Assembly (NCBI RefSeq): GCF_029504745.1
Contig: NZ_JAQFIQ010000025.1
Location: 3,932-35,931 of the forward strand
Direction of reading: 5' to 3'
Length of the DNA stretch: 32,000 nt
DNA from: Breznakia sp. PF5-3
Lineage (GTDB): Bacteria > Bacillota_I > Bacilli_A > Erysipelotrichales > Erysipelotrichaceae
Of the stretch, positions 25,131-32,000 are shown piece by piece. Both the position numbers and the translations under genes were made by a program. Position 1 is the stretch's first letter. Every line of letters starts with the position of its first letter. Below the pieces are notes generated by a model that saw nothing but the letters and a program-made list of their open reading frames with translations, searched no databases and was not told the DNA's origin.

Positions 25131-26171
25131 ATGAAAAAACTTAAAGTTGGAATCATTGGTGCCAGTGGTTATGCAGGAGCAGAATTACTACGCTTGTTAC
25201 TTACTCATCCAATGGTAGAAATCAGTGGTATTTATTCTCGTAGCTATCAAGGAAAACAAATAAGCGATTTGTACCCTGGATTTCAAAATATCACAAACTT
25301 AGTATTCAGCGATGAAGATTTACTTATTCAAAATAGTGATATTGTATTTGCATCATTACCTCATGGTATCAGTGAACAATATGCAAAGAAATGTCATGAA
25401 CAACATAAAAAATTTATTGACTTAGGTGCTGATTTCCGGCTTTATGATGAAGCTGATTACAAAACATGGTATAAGCTTTCTTATCATCAACCAGAATTGC
25501 ATAAAGAAAGCGTCTATGGATTATCAGAAATATATAAAGATGCAATCAAGAATGCTTCTATTATTGGAAATCCTGGATGTTATCCTACATCTATAGCCTT
25601 TGCATTATATCCTATTTTAAAACATGGTATTCAACAAGATAATCATTTTATCATTGATGCAAAATCAGGAGTTACAGGTGCAGGTAAAGAACCCTCTGAA
25701 ACAACTCATTTCGCTAATGTGAATGAAGGGTTTCACCCTTATAAAGTTGCTGAGCATCGGCATACTCCAGAAATTGAACAAACCTTAAGTGCAATGGCAA
25801 ACACAAATATTTCAGTAACTTTTGTACCTCATTTGTTACCAATTGATAGAGGAATTATATCAACTGTATATATAAGGATAGGAAAAGAACAAACATTAGA
25901 ACAATTGCATACTCTTTATTCCAATGTATATCAAGCACACAAATTCATTCGTGTATTACCTTTGAATAAAACAACAAATTTAAAATATGTACAATATAGC
26001 AATTACTGTGATTTAAGTCTTCATCTTGATACACGTAGCAATACACTAATCGTTGTGGCTGCAATTGATAATATGGTAAAAGGTGCAGCAGGACAAGCAA
26101 TCCAAAATATGAATATAATGTATGATTTAGAAGAAGATATGGGGCTTACATTCATTCCCCCATCTTTCTAG
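25131..26171 (+). CDS. argC: N-acetyl-gamma-glutamyl-phosphate reductase
   Basis: KVGIIGASGYAGAELLRLL Rossmann motif, active-site GCYPTS, AAGGAGGAG RBS before ATG 25131. Confidence 0.93.
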   Translation: MKKLKVGIIGASGYAGAELLRLLLTHPMVEISGIYSRSYQGKQISDLYPGFQNITNLVFSDEDLLIQNSDIVFASLPHGISEQYAKKCHEQHKKFIDLGADFRLYDEADYKTWYKLSYHQPELHKESVYGLSEIYKDAIKNASIIGNPGCYPTSIAFALYPILKHGIQQDNHFIIDAKSGVTGAGKEPSETTHFANVNEGFHPYKVAEHRHTPEIEQTLSAMANTNISVTFVPHLLPIDRGIISTVYIRIGKEQTLEQLHTLYSNVYQAHKFIRVLPLNKTTNLKYVQYSNYCDLSLHLDTRSNTLIVVAAIDNMVKGAAGQAIQNMNIMYDLEEDMGLTFIPPSF

Positions 26172-26182
26172 AAAGGAACATC

Positions 26183-27400
26183 ATGGAAATACAAAACAAC
26201 CAAGGTATCTGTACACCAAAAGGATTTTATGCAAATGGAATTCATTGTGGGATACGCAAAAATAAAACTAAAAAAGATCTTTCATTGGTTTACAGTGATA
26301 CGATGTGTATAGCAGCTAGTTGTTATACATTAAATAAAGTTCAAGGTGCTCCAATCAAAGTCACAAAAGAACATCTAAAAGATCATCAAGCACAAGCAAT
26401 TATCATCAACAGTGGAAATGCAAATACATGTAATAGCAATGGTTTGGAAATTGCGAATCAAATGTGTGAGCTTACCGCAAATGCTTTACAGATTAAAAAA
26501 GAAGATATTATTGTCGCTAGTACTGGAGTGATTGGTGAGAAACTATCTATTAATCCCATTAAAAATCATATCGTTGAACTAGCAGAAGGTTTATCTAAAG
26601 ATAAAGCACTTGCTGCCTGTGAAGGAATCATGACAACCGATACATATCCTAAGCAGTTTAATACAAGTTTTGAAATTGATGGGCATACATGTCACATTGG
26701 TGCGATGGCTAAGGGAAGTGGAATGATTCACCCGAATATGGCTACCCTTTTGTCCTTCATTACAAGTGATGTTGATATCACTGCAGATATGCTCGATGAA
26801 CTTATTCATGAAGTATGTAATGATACCTTAAATATGATTAGTATCGATGGTGATACTTCTACAAACGATATGTTGAGTATTTTATGTAATGGAAAAGCAT
26901 TGAATCCACAAATTCGCGAAAAGAATGAAAACTATGCTATTTTTAAAAATGCGCTTTTAAAAATCTGCGAACAAATCTCAAGAACTATTGCCAAAGATGG
27001 TGAAGGTGCTACCAAACTATTAATATGTAATGTTACTCACGCTAAGGATACACCATCTGCAAAAGCAATTGCTAAAAGTGTTATTCATAGTTCATTAGTA
27101 AAAAGTGCCATGTTTGGTTGTGATGCAAACTGGGGTAGAGTCTTATGTGCCATTGGATATAGTGATGCAACTTATAATGCAGAAGTAATTGATGTTGCTT
27201 TTGAAAGTGCAAAAGGATGGATTGATGTTTGCAAACAATCACAAGGACTTTTGGTGGATGAAGATAAAGCATTAGAAATATTAAAAGAAGATGAGATTAC
27301 AATCCATGTGAACATGCACGATGGTGATAAACAAGCTACCAGTTGGGGATGTGATCTAACATATGAGTATGTGAAAATTAACGGCGAATACCGTACATAA
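26183..27400 (+). CDS. argJ: Bifunctional ornithine acetyltransferase / N-acetylglutamate synthase
   Basis: Autoprocessing site KGSGMIHPNMATLLSFITSD (the ATL/T nucleophile motif) and a C-terminal YVKINGEYRT. Confidence 0.93.
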   Translation: MEIQNNQGICTPKGFYANGIHCGIRKNKTKKDLSLVYSDTMCIAASCYTLNKVQGAPIKVTKEHLKDHQAQAIIINSGNANTCNSNGLEIANQMCELTANALQIKKEDIIVASTGVIGEKLSINPIKNHIVELAEGLSKDKALAACEGIMTTDTYPKQFNTSFEIDGHTCHIGAMAKGSGMIHPNMATLLSFITSDVDITADMLDELIHEVCNDTLNMISIDGDTSTNDMLSILCNGKALNPQIREKNENYAIFKNALLKICEQISRTIAKDGEGATKLLICNVTHAKDTPSAKAIAKSVIHSSLVKSAMFGCDANWGRVLCAIGYSDATYNAEVIDVAFESAKGWIDVCKQSQGLLVDEDKALEILKEDEITIHVNMHDGDKQATSWGCDLTYEYVKINGEYRT

Positions 27401-27412
27401 GAGGTGATAGAA

Positions 27413-28288
27413 ATGATGAAAGATGCAATTAAAGAAGCTGAGATATTATCTCAAGCACTCCCATATATTCAAAAATACAGTAATAAGATTATTGTCGTAA
27501 AATATGGTGGTAACGCCATGAAAAACGAAGAGTTAAAACAGAATGTTATGACCGATATCGTATTATTATCTGAAATAGGAATTCGTGTCGTTTTAGTTCA
27601 TGGTGGTGGACCTGCTATCAATATCATGTTGGATAAAGTTGGGATAGAGCCAAAATTCATTGATGGGTTACGCTATACAGGAAAAGAAACAATGGATGTT
27701 GTACAAATGGTATTAACTGGTCAAGTAAATAAGGAATTGGTTTCCATATTAAATGGAAAAGGTGCCAAAGCTGTTGGGGTAAGTGGAACAGATGCAAATT
27801 TAATTTTAGCGAAAAAACACCACACTCCACAAGATTTAGGTTTTGTAGGTGAAGTTGAATCTATTCAAAGCGATCTTATTTATGACCTCTTAGATCAAGG
27901 CTATATTCCTGTTATTGCATCCGTAGGATGTGATTCAGAAGGACAAGCTTACAATATCAACGCTGATATTGCAGCATCGAGTATTGCACAAAAATTAGAA
28001 GCTGAAAATATGGTATTAGTCAGTGATGTTCCGGGAATCTTGAAAGATCCTAAAGATGAAACTAGTTTATATTCAAAAATTTATTACGATCAGATTGACG
28101 AATTGATTCAAAGCGATTATATTAGTGGTGGGATGATACCTAAGGTGAACTGTATTAAAACAGCTTTATCTGGAGGGGTAAAAAAGTCATGTATCATCGA
28201 TGGACGCATTCCACATTCATTACTAATTGAGATTTTATCTAAACAAGGAATCGGAACTCTGTTTCGAGAAAGGAAGAAATATGAATAA
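27413..28288 (+). CDS. argB: Acetylglutamate kinase
   Basis: IVVKYGGNAM, VLVHGGGP and NINAD motifs. I prefer ATG 27413 (AAGAGG 8 nt upstream) to the GTG at 27404. Confidence 0.92.
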   Translation: MMKDAIKEAEILSQALPYIQKYSNKIIVVKYGGNAMKNEELKQNVMTDIVLLSEIGIRVVLVHGGGPAINIMLDKVGIEPKFIDGLRYTGKETMDVVQMVLTGQVNKELVSILNGKGAKAVGVSGTDANLILAKKHHTPQDLGFVGEVESIQSDLIYDLLDQGYIPVIASVGCDSEGQAYNINADIAASSIAQKLEAENMVLVSDVPGILKDPKDETSLYSKIYYDQIDELIQSDYISGGMIPKVNCIKTALSGGVKKSCIIDGRIPHSLLIEILSKQGIGTLFRERKKYE

Positions 28289-29465
28289 TACAATTAAAAT
28301 GAAAGATACTTTGTATATCGCTAACACATATAATCGCTACCCTGTGTATGCAAAATATGGAAATGGCTGTTTAATCATTGATGATGAAGGAAAGGAATAT
28401 TTGGATTTTACAAGTGGAATTGGTGTAACTGGCTTAGGGCATAGTTTTGAGCCTTGGGTAGAAGCTACAACTAAACAATTAAAAGATATTGAACATGTAT
28501 CTAATCTATTTTACTCAAAACCATGTATTGAAGTAGCTGAAAAGCTATGTAAGAAAACTGATATGAAACGCATTTTCTTTGCGAATTCAGGTGCAGAAGC
28601 CAATGAAGGAGCAATCAAAGTTGCAAGAAAATATGCATTTGATTTATATAAAGGGAATCGCAATGAAATCATTACCCTTAAAAATTCATTTCATGGAAGA
28701 ACAATAACAACTCTCTCTGCTACAGGACAAGATTCTTTTCATCATAGCTTTGGTCCATTTGTAGAAGGTTTTAGCTACGTGTCTGCTGATAATTTTGAAG
28801 ATTTGAAAAACCACATAACTAATAAAACGCTTGCCATCATGGTGGAAGTAGTTCAAGGAGAAGGCGGTGTTGTACCACTTGCTAAATCTTATTTACACGC
28901 AATTCAGGATATTTGTGACCATCAAGATATTCTACTCATTGTTGATGAAGTACAAACTGGTATTGGGCGTTGTGGTTCTCTATTTGCATATATGCAATAT
29001 GGATTACGTCCTGATATTGTAACTTGTGCTAAAGGATTAGGTAATGGACTACCGATTGGTGCTGTTCTTATGGGGGATAAATGCGCTGATGTTCTAGAAT
29101 TTGGCGATCATGGTTCTACCTTTGGTGGTAACCCTGTTGCTTGTGCAGGTGCAAATGTTGTCTTAGACTATATGAATGATAAACTATACGCACATGTCAA
29201 TCAAATGGGAAGTATTCTATGTACAAAGCTTTTAAACTTGAAACATGTAAAAGCCGTAGATGGTCTTGGATTGATGTTAGGCGTTGTATTAGATGAGCAC
29301 ATCGATGTTAAAGAAGTGGTAGAAGCATGTATTGATGAAGGCCTTTTGCTCTTAACCGCAAAAAACAAACTACGGTTTTTACCACCCTTAATTATAGAAG
29401 AAGATGATGTTCAAAAAGCAATAGCTATATTAGATAAAGTGTTAATGAAGTTAGGAGATAAATAA
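28281..29465 (+). CDS. argD: Acetylornithine aminotransferase
   Basis: Class-III PLP aminotransferase motifs NSGAEANEGAIK, DEVQTGIGRCG and the PLP lysine in CAKGLGNG. ATG 28281 overlaps the argB stop by 8 nt. Confidence 0.92.
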   Translation: MNNTIKMKDTLYIANTYNRYPVYAKYGNGCLIIDDEGKEYLDFTSGIGVTGLGHSFEPWVEATTKQLKDIEHVSNLFYSKPCIEVAEKLCKKTDMKRIFFANSGAEANEGAIKVARKYAFDLYKGNRNEIITLKNSFHGRTITTLSATGQDSFHHSFGPFVEGFSYVSADNFEDLKNHITNKTLAIMVEVVQGEGGVVPLAKSYLHAIQDICDHQDILLIVDEVQTGIGRCGSLFAYMQYGLRPDIVTCAKGLGNGLPIGAVLMGDKCADVLEFGDHGSTFGGNPVACAGANVVLDYMNDKLYAHVNQMGSILCTKLLNLKHVKAVDGLGLMLGVVLDEHIDVKEVVEACIDEGLLLLTAKNKLRFLPPLIIEEDDVQKAIAILDKVLMKLGDK

Positions 29466-30370
29466 TGAAGCATTTATTAAAAATGAGTGATCTTTCCAAA
29501 GTTGAACTTTATGAACTTTTGGATTTAGCAGATCAGTTAAAAGCAGAAGTAAAAGCTGGTGATTTTAAGCCCTATTTGAAAAATAAAACTTTAGGACTTA
29601 TTTTTCAAAAATCCAGCACAAGAACAAGAGTTTCATTTGAAGTTGGAATGCAACAATTAGGAGGATATCCATTATTCTTAAATGCCAATGATATGCAAAT
29701 TGGCAGAGGTGAACCAATTAAGGATACGGCTCGTGTTCTATCTAGATATCTAGATGGAATTATGATTCGTACATATGGACAAAACGAAGTAGAAGACTTC
29801 GCCCAATATGGAAGCATCCCTATTATCAATGGATTAACAGACTATGCACACCCTTGCCAAATATTAGCAGATTTGATGACCATTCGTGAATATAAAGGAA
29901 AACTTGAAGGTTTGAAAATAGCTTATATTGGTGATGGTAATAACATGGCAAATTCTTTAATTGTAGGTGCTTTACTTGCTGGTATGAAGATTAGTGTAGC
30001 ATGTCCTAAAGGTTATGAACCTGCTGAGGATATCCTTGCCAAAGAAACCAACAACCCCGATTTTGAACTTGTTGAAGACCCAAAAAAAGCTGCTGTGAAT
30101 GCAGATGTAGTCATCACTGATGTATGGGCAAGTATGGGAGACGAAGATGAGAGCAGTGTTCGTGCTGAAGTATTCGGTGGTGTTTATCAAGTAAATGATA
30201 AAATCATGGAACTAGCAAATAACGATGCAATGGTTCTCCATTGTTTACCTGCTCACCGTGAAGAAGAAATTAGTGAGAAGGTATTCGAAGCTCATGCAGA
30301 TGAAATCTTTGATGAAGCAGAAAATCGTTTACATGCTCAAAAAGCTGTATTAGTAAAATTATTAGGATAA
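29465..30370 (+). CDS. argF: Ornithine carbamoyltransferase
   Basis: STRTR carbamoyl-phosphate motif, HPCQ and HCLPA motifs. The ATG overlaps the argD stop by 1 nt. Confidence 0.93.
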   Translation: MKHLLKMSDLSKVELYELLDLADQLKAEVKAGDFKPYLKNKTLGLIFQKSSTRTRVSFEVGMQQLGGYPLFLNANDMQIGRGEPIKDTARVLSRYLDGIMIRTYGQNEVEDFAQYGSIPIINGLTDYAHPCQILADLMTIREYKGKLEGLKIAYIGDGNNMANSLIVGALLAGMKISVACPKGYEPAEDILAKETNNPDFELVEDPKKAAVNADVVITDVWASMGDEDESSVRAEVFGGVYQVNDKIMELANNDAMVLHCLPAHREEEISEKVFEAHADEIFDEAENRLHAQKAVLVKLLG

Positions 30371-30394
30371 ATACCACATTTGTGGTATTTTTTA
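30371..30394. terminator. Terminator shared by argF (+) and the convergent hydrolase gene (-)
   Basis: ATACCAC ATTT GTGGTAT followed by TTTTTTATTTT, immediately after the argF stop. The T-run overlaps the stop codon of the minus-strand gene. Confidence 0.7.
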
Positions 30395-31780
30395 TTTTCG
30401 CTTCCTAATTACATATATTACCAATCCTAAAATCCCCGTAAGTAAAGAACCTATGATTATATAAACGAATGCGTTACTTTGTTCTTTCACTTTCTCTTTT
30501 GGTTTTTCTATAGCAGGCTCTTCATTTTCTTGTTTTTGGGATATAAGCCATGCATAAAACGATTTTCCATCTTTATTTTTAGGAATATTATTTGTTATCC
30601 ATACCCATGCCTCATGTGGTTCATACGTTACTCCATCTACAATGTTATCCACAAACTCAGTATAGATAACATTTCCACCCAATGCATATAATGCTTCATA
30701 TGTATTGCGCGAAGTTGCTACAGAAATTACATTATCCGTTTCTGTATGAAACATCCAAATAGGAATATCCACTACTTGGGATAATTTATCGTTCGAAACT
30801 TCATACGCTGCACAAATAGGAAAAGCTGCTGCAAATAGCTCTGGTTTTGCCAATATCGTTTCCCATGTCTGATACCCTCCCATAGAATATCCTCCTATAT
30901 ACACACGGTTTTTATCAATATTATCATGTTGATCACGGTATTCTTCTATAAGCTGTAACAAAGCGTCTGTATGATTATTTCCATCTAGAAAAATATCTCC
31001 CAGTGTCAAATCAACCCAAAAATCAGGACATTGAGGTGCTAATACATAAGGATTATCCAATTGCTTTTGGACATCACTACCAACAAAACTGACAGCTCCC
31101 TTATCAGCAAGAATTTGTGACACATTATTATCTCCACCTTTTCCTGCTCCATGCAACCAAATAATGAGTGGATGCTTTTTACCATCGTCCTTAGGTTGAT
31201 AATCGCGATATTGCAAACCAGAAGTACTTTTCCCTGTGGTAAATTTATCTGCTTGCGAATTTACAATGTCTCCTTGTTCATATTCAAAATTGATTTCATC
31301 GCCAGCCACTGTTTTAATACTGTTGTTTTGATAAAGGTTATACGACATTTCCTTTTCAATATAAGCATATGAGGCTTGTTCCCACCAAAGAGAATATGTA
31401 ATTTCTACATCTTTTCCTTTTTGTAGTTCTAAAATAATATACTTCCCTTCTTTTTTTGCCATTCCCGTACGTGTATTACTCACATAGATATTCGTTAATG
31501 AAATTGCTGAAGATTCTACAATATCATTATTTACTACATTTTGTATTTCTATATCAAAAGTATTAATATTGATACTATCTGCTATTACACTTTCTGGACA
31601 TTTTATAATAATTTTGGTAATTTGCGCCCCATAGTCAAACACTTCCTCCTCCAAAATAAACGTTGCTTTCTTAGATTTGGCATCTATTGTTTCTTCTGGT
31701 AGAGAAATAATCATCGTTAAAACACTTAAAAATATTAAAATCACTCTTTTATGCATGTATAAACTCGCTTTCATTTTCAT
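30392..31780 (-). CDS. Secreted alpha/beta-hydrolase (esterase / COG4099-like predicted peptidase) with an N-terminal beta-sandwich domain and a C-terminal TM anchor
   Basis: Signal-like N-terminus, HPLIIWLHGAGKGG oxyanion region, nucleophile elbow GGYSMGG, candidate Asp (HTETDNV) and His (YEPHEAW). The C-terminal hydrophobic helix FVYIIIGSLLTGILGLVIYVI is followed by RKRK. The start is ambiguous (31780, 31774 or 31756) and none has a good SD. Confidence 0.7.
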   Translation of the reverse strand: MKMKASLYMHKRVILIFLSVLTMIISLPEETIDAKSKKATFILEEEVFDYGAQITKIIIKCPESVIADSININTFDIEIQNVVNNDIVESSAISLTNIYVSNTRTGMAKKEGKYIILELQKGKDVEITYSLWWEQASYAYIEKEMSYNLYQNNSIKTVAGDEINFEYEQGDIVNSQADKFTTGKSTSGLQYRDYQPKDDGKKHPLIIWLHGAGKGGDNNVSQILADKGAVSFVGSDVQKQLDNPYVLAPQCPDFWVDLTLGDIFLDGNNHTDALLQLIEEYRDQHDNIDKNRVYIGGYSMGGYQTWETILAKPELFAAAFPICAAYEVSNDKLSQVVDIPIWMFHTETDNVISVATSRNTYEALYALGGNVIYTEFVDNIVDGVTYEPHEAWVWITNNIPKNKDGKSFYAWLISQKQENEEPAIEKPKEKVKEQSNAFVYIIIGSLLTGILGLVIYVIRKRK

Positions 31781-31798
31781 ATAATTCTTATATATTTT

Positions 31799-31827
31799 AA
31801 TATACAGTTGATATACAATACATGCAA
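31799..31827 (-). promoter_or_regulatory. Candidate sigma-A promoter of the hydrolase gene
   Basis: Minus strand TTGCAT (31822-31827), a 17-nt spacer, TATATT (31799-31804). Confidence 0.5.
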
Positions 31828-31916
31828 ATTTTTTTGTATTATTTGAATCTTTTCTTATTAAATTTTAAGAAAAAATAGAAACCTCTTTCAATCGTTCCTT
31901 ATCTTGGTCAATTTGC

Positions 31917-31945
31917 AGAGAAAGTTCCTTATTAGAGAAAGTTCC
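31917..31945. repeat. Two perfect 12-nt direct repeats AGAGAAAGTTCC separated by 5 nt
   Basis: The repeats lie at 31917-31928 and 31934-31945. An inverted partial copy GAACTTT lies at 31956-31962. Confidence 0.7.
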
Positions 31946-32000
31946 CTTTTTAAAAGAACTTTTTACTACAAAGTATTTTAAAAAATGAAAAAACAATATA

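Noticed and set aside
963-31372. The many 60-125-aa ORFs antisense to, or out of frame within, larger genes (for example 963-1160, 2474-2683, 2847-3110, 4591-4809, 4871-5245, 6437-6733, 8539-8772, 10093-10314, 12760-12951, 13555-13887, 13773-13973, 15630-15824, 17831-18064, 18642-18884, 19068-19274, 20046-20270, 24250-24588, 26591-26809, 27081-27272, 29605-29829, 29972-30190, 30479-30691, 31151-31372)
   Set aside because: These are shadow ORFs of well-supported genes on the opposite strand or in another frame. They have low-complexity or Cys/Phe/Ile-rich translations typical of AT-rich antisense reading, and no RBS.

Overview
This is an AT-rich (roughly one-third G+C by eye) chromosome segment that looks like a low-GC Bacillota genome. 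It has T-box leaders, an ECF S-component, a lipoprotein binding protein and strong GGAGG ribosome-binding sites. A gut anaerobe of the Erysipelotrichia or Clostridia type is my guess only.

Left to right the window contains:
- the 5' part of a secreted beta-helix surface protein (-);
- a tightly coupled four-gene minus-strand operon (1006-5668) encoding a DeoR regulator, a NanE-like barrel, a 754-aa glycyl radical enzyme and its activase, which is my best candidate for an undescribed system;
- a Trp-specific (UGG) T-box leader driving a COG2984/COG4120/COG1101-type ABC importer (5822-8869);
- a MacB/FtsX-type ABC pair (8972-11116);
- an accessory pocket with two uncharacterised minus-strand genes and an IS3-family element (12664-13895, target duplication GGA) that splits a 30-codon small ORF;
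- a CoA salvage operon panT-coaBC-coaX plus a helical-repeat gene;
- an internally deleted IS3-family remnant (17645-18265, target duplication TTA) sitting in the loop of an old bidirectional terminator;
- a minus-strand operon of membrane protein, cardiolipin synthase and patatin;
- an Arg-specific (CGC) T-box leader followed by an eight-gene arginine operon argG-GNAT-argH-argC-argJ-argB-argD-argF;
- a secreted, C-terminally anchored alpha/beta hydrolase (-).

I saw no rRNA, tRNA or CRISPR array. All functional calls come from motif recognition by eye and hand translation; no database search or folding program was available.
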